Positions 38,160-50,952 of a stretch of 64,000 nucleotides of DNA are shown piece after piece (positions within the stretch are counted from its first letter, which is position 1; the number at the start of each line of letters is the position of its first letter). The translations under genes were made by a program, and so were the position numbers. Source of the DNA: Octopus sinensis (Eukaryota); assembly GCF_006345805.1 (NCBI RefSeq), contig NC_043005.1, positions 93,992,001 through 94,056,000 on the forward strand, written 5' to 3'. The notes under the pieces are model-generated. The model saw only the letters and a program-made list of their open reading frames with translations. It did not search any database and had not been told where the DNA came from.

Positions 38160-39169
38160 GGTTTTAGATATGGAAATAACATGTCCAGGGTAATGTTCTT
38201 ACTTTCTTGAATCATTCAATGTTTGGTGCCTGTTGTCATCATTGTCACTGCCATCATCATCATCATCATCACTGTCATTGTTATTGTCCTTCTCATCATC
38301 ATCACCACCACCAAATCTCATCATCATCATCACCACCAAAGCCACGATTAATAATGTTAACTTTTGCAATGCTATCAAGGGCTCCTGGATAGATTGTCAT
38401 CACAACACCATGTCTATTTCCTCAGCTGTCTTTATTTAGTCCCATTTACCTTGTCAGTGGCACCAAACTTTCTAAGGTCCTGTTCTAATTAGAATTTTAT
38501 AAGGTTTCATTAACTTACCTGAATTCTCGGATCTGTAACATTTTTCACTCAGCAAGTTTTATCAATTGATATTATCATAAACCCTGATAAGATGGTGAGC
38601 TGTCAGAATTGTTAAAACAAAATGCTTTGTGCTATTTTGCCTGACTTATATTTGACATCCTCAGTTAAAATGCCACAAAGGCCAACTTTGTATGTCATCC
38701 TTTTCCCGATTGATAAAACAATGTGCCAATCAAATACAAGGTTTGTGTTATTGATTAACATCCCCTCACTAAAATTGCTGGCCTTGTGCCAAAATTTGAA
38801 ACAAAATTATCATTATTATTATTATTAGAACAAAGAAGTTGGCAAGCTGATAGAATCATTAGAATGTCAGATGAAATGCTTAGTGGCATTTCTTCTGACT
38901 CTTTACTGTCCGAGTTCAAATCCTGCTGAGGTCAACTTTAACTTTATTTCTTTTGAGGTCAATAAAATAAAGTTGATGTAATCAACTTGACTCCCTCCCT
39001 TCAGAATTGCTGACCTTGTGCCAAAATCAGAAAAGATTATCATTAACCCTGACTAGGTCCCTAAAATAAAGTATGAGTGAAAGGACTGCAGGTGATGTTT
39101 ACCCTTTCAATTCCATATTTCTGTTGAAATATACTACTTTTGATTAAAAAAAAAATTGAAATAATAAAG

Positions 39170-40960
39170 AATTCATCATCATCATAATTTTTCCATGCTG
39201 GCGTATAGTTGGACAGGAGTTGTCCAGACTCCAGTTGTCTGTTTTGACATGGTTTCTATGAGTGGATGCCCTTCCTAATGCCAACCACTTTACAAAATGT
39301 GCCAGGTGCATTTTATGTGTCACCAGCATGGGTGCATTTATGCAGCACCAGCACAAGTGCATCTTATGTGGCACTGGCACCTGCAAAAGACATACATGGA
39401 TGACCACACAAGTACAGCAAATCGCCACAAGTCCTGCTCCCTTGTTATTTCCTCAGTGAGGCCCTGCATCTGAAGATCCTTTCTCGTCACTTTGTTCCAT
39501 GCTTTCCTGGGTCTACCCCCTTCTACACGTTTCACCCACAATTAAAGATCAGCACCTCTTTTCACAGCTGTCCTCATCCATACACACCACATGACCAAAC
39601 CAGCACAGTCTTCTCTCTTGCACACAACATCTGATGCCTCTTACACTCAGTTTTCGTCTTGTGCACATTGACATTATCCATCCATTGGCATGCTGGCTTC
39701 ATTTCTTTCAAGCCTTTGCATGTACTCAGCAGTTACAGTTCATGTTTAACTGCTGTATGGCATAGCTGTTTATACAATCCCTCTGAGGGAGAAGCCCTTA
39801 CTTACCAACACAGGTAGAAGCTCTCTGAACTTTGCCCAACCTGTTCTTATTCTTACAACTATGCTTTCAGAATTTCCTCAATAACTGCTAACTTGGTTGC
39901 ATAGGTAGCAGAAGCTATCTACTAGTTCTAATGATGCCCCTGAGCATTTGAGGGAGTCTATTGTCTACACATTTTTAGTGCTTATTGTACCTGCATATTT
40001 TCCACACACAAAGACTATTTTTTCCATTAACCTTCCTGTGTCCAAAGCTTGCACTAGGTACAATATATGGAGTTTCTACCAACACCCTTCTCACATATCA
40101 AGCAGGGCCATCTCCCTGAAGGAATAAGTGATTTGTCTGTTTTCCTATTGACAAGGACTTTGGTTTTTGCTAAATTAATTCTAAGGCCCATAGATTTCAG
40201 GCCTTGCTTCCACACCTGAAATTTCTTCTCTAGTTCTGGTAGTGATTTAGCTTTAAGAACAAGGTCATCAGTGTAGAGAAGCCCTCAGAGACAGCCTGTC
40301 TTGAATTTCTTTGTTATGGCCTGGAGGATTATGATAAATAAGAGGAGGCTGAGAACTGAACTCTGGTGAACACCTGCTTGTACACTGAATGTGTTGCTAT
40401 ACTTATTACTGAGTTTCACCTTACTGACAGAATCCCTGTACATGGTCTGTACAGCTCTCACCAATGGCTCATTTATCCCTGCATTGACTACTAGATAAGG
40501 GAGTGGGTGACCCTGTCCATAAAATCCAAGTGCTTCTCTTGCAGTTGCCTCTCCAGGGATATAGCATTCATCCTGGCATAAAATTAAACTGCTTCTCATC
40601 TAGGCTTTCTTCTTGATTGATTGAGGCATGACCCTTTTTGTAACTCTCATTACCTGGTCCAGCAATTTGATGCCCTCTGTAATTATTTCTAAGGCATCAC
40701 CTTTACCTTTGTAGCAGTTGACTATAATGCTGTTACACCAGTTGTTGTTGAGTACGACTTCCTCATGGACAACCTGATTATAGGATGACTAGGCCATATC
40801 CCACTCCACCAGATATTTTAAGCATCTCAGTGGTAATTCTTGACGGAACAGGGTATTTCCCTGTCTTCATATCCTTAATTGCTTTATTTGTTAAGCTACC
40901 ATTGATTTGGATAGCTGGCCCCTCAGAGTTTGGTTTGTTGGGGTAGGGTGTGTGAAAAAT
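39170..40960 (-). mobile_element. Degraded RTE LINE (RT start to tail)
   Basis: EGPAIQING...AIKDMKTGK, VQAGVHQSSVLSLLLF, LLYTDD, GRPRKAW. Confidence 0.85.
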
Positions 40961-40964
40961 ATTG

Positions 40965-42330
40965 TTACATGCGGGTGAAACACACAGTGCTTCCAGAACT
41001 CACTTCCATGGAAGTGGGCAGGTCCTCTCAAGAACCTCATATCGCAAGACATCTTGGCTCATTGTCATCTCCTCCATGAGGCCCAACATCCTAAGATCAG
41101 TTCTCACTACTTCATCCCATGTCTTCCTCTTCCACAGTTGCCATCCACTCTCATCCAAACCAGCATAGTCTTCTCTCTTGCATGCTGCATATAATTTCTC
41201 TTATGTCCAACTTTTCTCTCAGTCCATTTACACTTTGTTGTACATACACACTGACGTTGCACATCCATCAGACCACACTACCTTCATTCCTACCTAATCT
41301 ATGCACACCTTCAGCAATCAGAGCCCACGTCTCACTACCATGGAGATACCATGTATCATACAATCTGCCTTTCACTTAGAGAGAGAGTACTTTTGTATGC
41401 AGTAGAGGTAATAGTTCTCTGAACTTTCTCCATCTTATTCTTATTCTAGCAACAATAATTTCAGAACATATTCCACCCCTGCTAATTTGGTTACCTAGGT
41501 AACAGGAACTATCTTCAACCTCAAGAGAGCATCCTGGGTATTTGAGAGAGTCTAATTCCTGTATGTCCTGAGTGTGTATTGTTCTTGCACGCCTACCACA
41601 TACAAAGATGACTTTTTCTGTTAATCTTTGATTTCACTGCACCTTTTACATGTCTCCAACTTACACTGGCAGCAATGAAAGGAATTACTTTCAACTCCTT
41701 TCCTACATACTGAGCAGGGCCATTTACCTGATGGAAAGAGAATTTTACTACTTTCTTGCTAACAACTTTGGTCTTTGCTAGGTTAACTTTAAGGCCCTTT
41801 AATTCCCAGTTTTGCATCCATACCTGTAATTTCTTCTCCAATTCTGCTACAACTCTGCCAGAAAAGCAAAGTCATCAGCATATAGTTGTTCACATGGGCA
41901 GCCAATTTTTAAATTCCTCTGGGATTTAAAAGCCTGGAGGGCTATGGTAAACAAGAGTGGACTAAGAACTGAGCCCTGGTGAACTCCTACTAGTATGCTA
42001 AATTCATCACTGTGTTCATGGTTGACTCTCACTCTAATAACAGCACCACTATATATGGCTTGTACAGCTCTAGCAAGCCACTCATCTACTCCTAACTTCT
42101 TTAGAGACCACTCGATAACAGAGTGAGGGACTGTCAAAAGCTTTCTCAAGGTTCACAAAAGCCAAGTACAATGGCTTACTTTGGGCCTGATACTTCTGCA
42201 GCTATCTCACTAGGAAGATGGCATCTGTGGTACTCTTCCCGGGCACAAAACCAAACTGCATCTTGTTTACTTTTAACTCTATTCGTAATCAATTGAGATA
42301 TAACTCTCTTGGTAATTTTCATGACCTGGC
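40965..42330 (-). mobile_element. Degraded RTE LINE, head-to-tail with the former
   Basis: VGVHQGSVLSPLLF, QLYADD, KVNLAKTK. Confidence 0.85.
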
Positions 42331-42927
42331 CCAGCAGACAGAAAAAGAGAGAGAGAGGGGGGAAGAGAGAGAGAGAAGGAGAAGGGGAGACCAGAAATAT
42401 AATTTTTACATGTGATAGCAGAAAACTCAAGTTCACACCCACGTTTTACATATTCTGTTCCTTGGTGGGAAAGTGTTGTTCATCTCAGGTATGAATTAAC
42501 ACATTTAATTGGCAAACATGCATGCATGTGCACACACACATAATTTCAGACTTATATCTCTTAGATTGGCTTGTGAAGGCATATATGTTTGCTGAAGGGA
42601 AAAAACTGCATCATATAAAATCAACTGGAGACTGCTGGAAAATGCAGACCATACCTCTGCTGCATCAGTGGGTGCAAGCTTTGTTTGACAGAGAAAATAA
42701 TTATCTTGAAGAATTTGCTTTGTGCAAGGGCCTCCTAGAATCCTAAAACTAAGGTTTTCTTTCCTTGAAAAGAAGTACATTTAACTAGTTGGTCAAGTTC
42801 AACCTAGCAGTAAGAACTGGTGTTTACTCTTTGGAGTTATTTTCATCCCACCAGAGGCATACTGACTCTCATCCTTTTCTTTCCTCTCTCCTCCCCATAA
42901 CTCTATACCCTTTTGTCTCTTCCTTCA

Positions 42928-42958
<31 letters not shown>

Positions 42959-44454
42959 ATCACTCTCCTTTCACCTTCTGTCTCTCACCACCACCCTCTC
43001 TCTCTCTCTCTCTACACACAAATTTTTATGGAATAAACAGGAGTGTACACGCAGACACACACACATTCATTACTCATCAGCAGAAAAGTTATCAAAGTGA
43101 CTCAAAGGCCAAGACTTTCCTGCACAGCCTTTAATCCAATGTTCACTTATTTAGTGACTTGCATAAAACCCTCAGTCCTTCAGTTACTTTTAATATGTTT
43201 ATGCATTTGTTTGTTTGTTTGTGTGTGTATGTATGTATGTATGTATGTGTCTATTGTCTGCAGAGCTATATATACATATATATATAGCCCTGTCTGTCTC
43301 TCTCATTCTCTCTCTGTCCCTCTCTCTCTTTCTTTCTCTCTCTCTCTCTCTCTCTCTATGTGACTTTAAAACAAGTAAATTAGTTTAAATTATATGATTT
43401 CATCTTTAAAACTTGTTTTATCCGCAAGAACCAATTTTACTAACCAGCACTAGCACCACCACCTTTACCAACATTCCCATCACCACTGCTGCCACCGCCA
43501 CCACCGTTACCACCACTACCACTACTGCCACTGCTGCTGCCAATAGAAGAACAGGGAAGCATTAAGGAATGATAGAAGGACAGTGCAATATAGAACCAAA
43601 ACAAACGTACAAGGTTACAACTACAGGTAGCGAGGAACTGAGAGAAGCACAGAGAAATTATGGTGGCAAAGGAAAAAGCAAAGGAAGCAGAAGAGTGGAA
43701 GAATGTTGAACTAATCTTATCTAGACACACACACACACACACTCATGCAGAAATTGAGGAGTCAAGAAGCAGTTTCCCAAAAGTTGACCTTTCAGGAGTT
43801 GATATTTCCATGACTGGATGGAACAACAGATGTTTCATGATCCAATTCCAGCAAAGAGGAGAAGGGGAAGAATTAGTTTGGGTGAGTTTTATACAAAGAA
43901 AGGAACAGGGCAACAATGATGATAATGAAGGTGGGTGGTGGGTGGTGGTATTGGTGGCAATGATGGTGATGATGATGATGATGGTGAGGTAGTGGAGGTG
44001 ATGATGATGATGATGGGTGATAGTGATGGTGGTAGTGGTGGTGATGACAACAACGACGATGATTATGGTGATAGTGATGATCTTGGTAACAATGACGACA
44101 ATAGTATTATTGGGCTTTTTTCCTTTCACAGCTGGGAGGCTTTTTAAGAGTTTTAAATTAATTCCACTGCTTATTCTTCATTTCATCAGCTCTAGAATGA
44201 TGAAAGCCAAAACTGACCTTGGCAGGATTTGAACTCAGAACTTAGGGAACCTTAACTAAATACAGCCATTATTTTGTTTGATGCTGTAGTGACAATAACA
44301 ATGTAGACATTGATCAGGATAGTAGTGGAAATATTGGTTGTATTACCATTATTGTTTAATCACAGATCAGCCCTCATTAATCAAGTTTATGACCAAAGGC
44401 ATTCCAACCTGGGCCATCACATCTTTTTAGAGATATTTAGAAATTAAAAAAAAG

Positions 44455-44773
44455 ACTCCGCTGGTTACGACGACGAGGGTCCCAGCTGATATGATCAACG
44501 GAACAGCTTGCTCGTGAAATTAACGTGCAAATGGCTGAGCATTCCACAGACACGTGTACCCTTAACGTAGTTCTCGGGGATAATCAGCGTGACACAGAGA
44601 GTGACAAGGCTGACCCTTTGAAATACAAGTACAACTCATTTTTGCCAGCTGAGTGGACTGGAGCAACGTGAAATAAAGTGTCTTGCTCAAGGACACAACG
44701 CGTCGCCGGGAATCGAACTCACAACCTTACGATCATGAGCCGAATGCCCTAACCACTAAGCCACGCGCCCTCA
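44455..44773 (-). mobile_element. tRNA-derived SINE, well preserved
   Basis: Minus: A box TGGCTTAGTGG, B box GAGTTCGATTCCC, then TGTGTCCTTGAGCAAGACACTT body. Confidence 0.85.
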
Positions 44774-45933
44774 CATATTTAGAAATACATTATTATCCAA
44801 TGTATTCTCTTTTTCAAGATGGTAAGATTTGACATTGTATGTGTGGGTGTGTGTTTATACATGTGCTCGCATATGTGTGTGAAGGATGGTCCTTTGAATC
44901 TTTGAATTACAAATTCAGAATATCTGTAGGGCTTCCATACCTTTTGCCTACCTAATTTCATTCAGACATTTGCCCAAGGTACCATGCATTGGGACTGAAC
45001 CCAGAACCACACTGTTGTGAAGTGAACTTCTTTAATATTGAACCTAATACTGCATCCAAAAATGTGTGCTTATGAAGGACATAATACATAAAGCTAGAGT
45101 CTTCTTGAATATGTCATCAAATTTTTACCTCCTTATGAGGAGACATGGTTGCATAAATGTTACAACGCAAGAAACATTAAACGTTTGATTGTAATTTGAT
45201 AGAAGGAAGACAGACCTACATAGAGAAAAAAAAAGTCCTAATGGAGAAGTCTGTTGCATATCAGATATGAATGTCTTTCAAAACTAGTGGAAGTAACAAA
45301 TATATGGATTTTGAAATTTGGACAAATCTATATATATATTTTTTCTTTTGTTCACTCACTCATATACGGTGCAGCCTTCCAGTGTGCCAACCCAGTCAAA
45401 CTGTGGACCCATGCCAGCATGGACAATGGACGTTAAATGATGATGATGATATGTAAAACATTGTACATTCTTAATAATAAATATACATTGGGTGCCATTT
45501 AAAAGCACCCAGTACACTCAGTGAAGTGGTTGACGTCAGGAAGGGCATCCAGCGTAGAAACCCTGTCAAATCAGACTGTAGTCTGATGCAGCCTGCCACC
45601 CACCCACCCCAGCTTGCTAGCTCGGGTCAAACCATTTGACCCATACCAGCATGGACAACAACATTAAATGATGAAATGATGATGATAATGGTGATGATGG
45701 TGATGATTTCAACACTTGCATCGTTACTGAGATTTGTGTAGGCCAATCTGGTAGACGTGAGTTTATGGAAACCATAACTCTCTATGAGTTACCATTCTTT
45801 CTTTAGTGAGAGAAATGAGTAACCTTTGACAGAGAGATAAAAATACTTAAACAAGTCAATCCAATATATTTTTCTGAAGACAGAAAAAACCCTATAAGGT
45901 TCAGCTACAGTTTCTAGCTAAAAATTGTTTTCT

Positions 45934-45970
<37 letters not shown>

Positions 45971-46395
45971 TAAGTCTATTTCACATCTCTGAGATTGTTT
46001 TGTCCGATTCCTAATGAAGGAATCTTGTTTCTTGAAGCCAAATTTACTTTCTAAGAATACTGATATTAACATTAATAATAATTAAAATTTTTTATTGGCC
46101 ATAAGGGCCCAAATACTAATGGCCTAAATATTAAGGGCTCAAATATTAAGGACACTATCAAGGGATGAAATACAAGACAAAAGGTTGGGCTCACATCAAT
46201 TAAAAAGAAACGACAACAAGGATATAATAAAATGAAATAAAAATAGAATTCAGAAAAATCAATCAATAAATAGAATCCCCAAGAGAGGGGCAGTCCACCA
46301 AGAGTAAAGTGGAGAAATCCCCAATCAAAAAGACCTGGATTACTCTGTTGTCTGTAAAGTATCAGAAGTGCCCCATTTCCAGTTTCTTTCCTACT

Positions 46396-46493
46396 TAAAA
46401 ATTCAAACTCACCAGTCTTGCCACTCTCATTGACCTTTTGATTTAAATCAAAAGGTCAATGAGAGTGGCAAGACTGGTGAGTTTGAATTTTTA
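46396..46493. repeat. Perfect 98-bp palindrome without spacer
   Basis: taaaaattcaaactc...tgattt|aaatca...gagtttgaattttta; the 49-bp arms are identical. Confidence 0.95.
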
Positions 46494-46559
46494 CCTCCTT
46501 GAAGGCAGCTACTCATCTCTATACCCTCATCTTTCTCTTCAAATAATACACGAAAAAAT

Positions 46560-47490
46560 TGATGAAAGCTTGACCAGGAAGAGGAAATGCATAAGACATT
46601 CCATAAGACTAACTTCAGGCCAATCTTAATTGTTGTGTATCACTGCACACCTTTCTTGCTTTCTCTCCAGGGAGTAGAGCTTCAGTTCTTGTAGCCTCTC
46701 CCATTCGCTCATCAATGTCATCAAGTCAGTCTTCTTTGTGTAGCAGTGTTGGATTGTCTCAAGTTCCGCCACCAATTTGATGCTGTGTGGTGACCACAAT
46801 TTGGAGCAGTAATCCAGACAACTGAGGACAAACATAGGAGTTGCAAGGTATCCTTATTTCTGGTTCTGAATGATCTTAGGATCCATCCAGCTACTTGCCT
46901 GCACAGTGTTGCCATCCTGGCAATATGCACAAGGAATGTTGCATCACTACTCATGTGGATTCACAGGTCATGCATCAATTCTAACTCTGGGATTACACTG
47001 CCCTCTGGTCCAATGTATTCTGATTGTAGTCTGTTTGTGGGCAAATAGCAGAATTCTTGAAACTTAGCAGCATTAAACAACATGTTATTTTCATCAGCCC
47101 ATTTATATATTGCATGCAGGCCATTTTGCAGTTTTACTATATCATCGGGTCCCTCAGTGCCTGAGATACTTTTGCATCAGCGTAACTGGTGAGAGTGGCT
47201 GACTGAACAACTGACAGCATGAATGAGACAGCCAGTACAAATAGTGGTGGTCCCAATACAGTTCCTTGAGGAACTCCGCTGTGGATTGATGTCTCCTCAG
47301 TGAGATCACCATTGGCTGCAACTGCCTGACTTCTGTCCTTTAAAAAGTTGTGCAGCCACTCTCCTAGTTTTCCAGTGATACCAAGGTCACGTAGTTTGTG
47401 GCATATCATCCCATGACCAACTTTGTCAAAGGCTTTGGTAAAGTCAAGATATATCACATTTACATTACATTTGTTCCTTTGATTCGTTTC
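46560..47490 (-). mobile_element. CR1-group LINE RT fragment
   Basis: VIYLDFTKAFDKV, SGVPQGTVLGP, SYAD, YCSKLWSPH, ERLQELKLYSLE. Confidence 0.88.
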
Positions 47491-47512
47491 TGTTCTAATT
47501 TTGAAACTTATA

Positions 47513-47557
<45 letters not shown>

Positions 47558-47648
47558 TTTCCTGAGCGTCAATAATACTTTAATTGTTCCACGTCCTGCG
47601 TTGCTGTGTTTTTTTTCTCTTTTTTTCTGTGTTTTCTTGTTTGGATTA

Positions 47649-47679
<31 letters not shown>

Positions 47680-47684
<5 letters not shown>

Positions 47685-48130
47685 GTAGAGTGGAGTGAAA
47701 GCATTTGAAGAGGCCAGGAAAACACAAGTAAGACTCAAAAGAGATCTAAGGAAGAATGTAACGATCGAGAAGGTGAATGACAATAACGTTTTTGTGTGCA
47801 CAGTCTGTGACAGACCTTGCCTGTCTTTTGCTGGCCTCAAATCTCACCTGCGAATCCATGGAAAACAAACTTCCACCAACTATTCTGCCTATATGTCTGT
47901 GCACAACATTGAATGCAGTGTATGCCAGAAGGTTTGCAAATACAGCAGAGGCCTCAAGCGACATTTTAAGATCCACAAAGAGCAGAACTTATCTGCAGCT
48001 CTTGGTGGTCCAAATCGGATATGTAATCTATGTCAGAACATTGTCTGGTTTAAAAAGCCACATCAGATGCCATGATGGTGCTATGGTGTAGGTAGAGGAG
48101 GTGGTCAAACTGTGCATAAGGAGTAGACAA
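47680..48130 (+). mobile_element. RTE-like ORF2 C-terminus with three C2H2 zinc fingers
   Basis: AFEEARKTQVRLKRDLRK, then CTVC..HLRIH, CSVC..HFKIH and CNLC..(frameshift)..HIRCH; 5' end abuts (TA)n. Confidence 0.6.
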
Positions 48131-48987
48131 CCACCATATATATGTGGTGCCCCAGCCACTAGCATAGGTAGAGTGTGTACTACCCGGTAAAACGCCCCCC
48201 CCCCCCAGTCATGTTAGTGGTTCCAGCATGGCCACATTCATATGACTGAAACAATTAAAAGATATACACACACATGTATATATGTATGTATGTCTGTATG
48301 TATGTATGTGTGTATCTACATGTACAATCACATCACACATCGTCAGCATCATTAATTCGTGTCCAATTATTAATATACACAAGCAAACATACACATATGT
48401 ATGTATTCAAGTACTTACATTTCCACTATTCTGTTTATAATTCCTCTCCATCTTTTATGGCAATCATTACCTAACTCAGGTGATGGTGATTAAGAAAAAG
48501 AATTCTCAACGAACAATTGATGCCATAGCAACACCATATCATAAACACTTCAAGACATGCATCTGCGCCCCTTGTTATGATTTGCGTCTTGTCATCTGTT
48601 CGCCGTCATGCCGCAATGCCACCAACGTGATATTTGCCTTCCAGCTATTATCTTTTTTTTTTTAATATCCGTTTACATTAGCTGTTAGTCCCGATGCGTG
48701 CTTTGGATTCTCTCTGTCTCTTTTTCTGTCTGTCTGTCTGTCTCTCTCTCTCTTTTCCTATGTATGTATGCATGTATTTGTCTGTCTATCTTTCCACCCT
48801 CCCTATTTCTATGTTGTCTCACTCTCTTTCTCTCTGTCTCTGCATTATCTAACTCAGTTTTCTCCCTCCTCTCTCTCATTCTCCCATTGTATCTATATAT
48901 CTGTCAGTCTGTCTGTCTATTTGCCTCTCTATTTCTATCCGTCTACCTACCTACCTATATCTATCTGTTTTCTGTCTGTTCGTATCT

Positions 48988-49048
<61 letters not shown>

Positions 49049-50444
49049 ATGTCGCTCTTTCTCTGCGTTGACTCAATCTCTATCTGTCTGCATTGTCTCT
49101 CCCTTTGCCTATATTCTCTCTGTCTGTGTGCTCTCTCTGCATTGTCTGACTCCCTGTTTCTCTTCCTCACTCTATCACCACATTTCTTTTTGTCCTCCAG
49201 TTCTGTTTAGTCGTATGCGTTTAAGTTTATAAACACTTGGAATCATACTCCATTTGAGTGGATGAAACACACACACACACAACCATTCTAAAGAACAGAG
49301 TCGAACGCGTTTTAGTGAGCAAAAAAAAAAAACACGTAATTTCTTAGGATTTTCTTTGGAACAGATTACAGCAAAAAGGGTAGTGGTGGTGGTGTTTTTT
49401 TTTTGCCCCATTCTTGTTATTTTTTAGTTTTTTGCTTTTTTTTCAGATTTATAATTCGTTTTTAATGGTGAAACTCGAAGTAGATAAAGCTACAAATAAT
49501 AGCATGCAAAAATTTGGTTTAAAAACCCTTCAGCTAGGAAAAAGTAGGAGGGGGCTTGTGGGATACGAACCCACATCACTTGTAAGCTCCCAATTTTTTC
49601 TGATCAAGGGTTTTTTTCGGCACATTAGATACTTTTCCGACTCATTTCTTTAGGATCACCGTGTGTGTGAGTAAGAGAGAGAGAGGGGGAGAGGGAGGGA
49701 GAGTGCGTGAAAGCGAAAGAAAAACGAGAATAGCTCGGTGATGGTGCATCGAACAGACAGCAACGAGGAGTAAATTTTGCTGTGCTGTGCATAACGAATA
49801 CAGCTTTTACAACACTGAATTAACGACAGCGAGATCAACACTACTACTACTACTAAAAATAACAGCAGCAACAGCAACAACAACAACCATCTATAAACAA
49901 CGAACCACCTGGTCACTTCTCACATTGAATGAAGACCTGGCGAAGCGGGCATCTTTGTCTTCTGCTCACAGACATCAACATTCCTGCAGAGTTTTCTTAT
50001 CTTTTCTTCTATTTCTCTTCCATCGCTTTCTCTCCATACACTGTTCATTTATCTAACCATTTTCCATCTTTTTCTCCACAAAATCTCCATTTATTATTCA
50101 AATCCTCTCTTTCAGACTCTAACTTTCACACTCACCTATTCATTATATACTTTTCCTTCCTTTCTTTTCGTCTCCAATTCGCCTTCTACATCGCATATGG
50201 CGGCACACACACACATACACGAACGTACGTCCACTTTCCCATGCTTGCGTGGATCAGATAGAGTTTACTGAGGCAAATTTTCTACGACCAGATGCTTATC
50301 TTGTCGTCAGCTTTTGCCTGTGTAACTGGTTATATCACCGTTAGATTATTAAAACTTTGTGACATTAAAACTTATGCATCATAAAAATCAACGGAAAAAA
50401 GAAAGCTATTTCTTAAAGATTTGACTTTCCTGTTAATTCAACGT

Positions 50445-50618
50445 AAGGGTCAGTATACAAAAAGCTGTAGGAGTCAGCTGTTCTACAGTGGTGAGGGAGA
50501 AAACAACACTGACTAGGTACGGTCCCAGGAATTTTCCGAAGGGAGGGTACAAGATCAGAAGAGAATACAATTCTGGGAGAGGTGAAAGTGAGTCACCCTG
50601 GAAAAAACAACAGTTGAT
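50445..50618 (-). mobile_element. R4/Dong-like RT fragment (distal part, split by the Gypsy insertion)
   Basis: INCCFFQGDSLSPL...SFLYTD; joins 55149-55480 in frame. Confidence 0.75.
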
Positions 50619-50908
50619 TGTGGGATGACGTCAGCAGTTGGACGTCAGCAGCTGGGTGCGTTGACCGGAAGCTGGGGCAACCAGAAGGGGCAGCTGTGAG
50701 GCGTGCGTAGGCAGCGGGCAATTGGGCCTTTTTTCCAACGTGGGTCGTCCAGGTGACAAGACGTGTGAGGACGTCGCTAAGGGTTTGGGCTAGCAGCTGC
50801 TATCGTTAGTGTTCGGGTCGGGGCTGAGTCGAAGGACTAGTTACCACTGGAGGGTCTCCGTCACGAAGAAGAGAAGGTAGGTACCTTTATATTCAAATCG
50901 CGCACACA
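50619..50908 (+). repeat. 5' LTR (290 bp)
   Basis: Matches 54875-55148 except a 16-bp indel and about 7 substitutions. Confidence 0.93.
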
Positions 50909-50952
50909 CCACAAGCTATTTCGGCCGTTCTTAAACATTTACATTTCAACAC

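Noticed and set aside
42522-42780. Overlapping short ORFs as a host exon
   Set aside because: No recognisable domain and no consistent splice pair on either strand.
47695-48075. Host C2H2 zinc-finger transcription factor gene
   Set aside because: No TGEKP linkers, an RTE-like leader, a frameshift, and 5' truncation at (TA)n.
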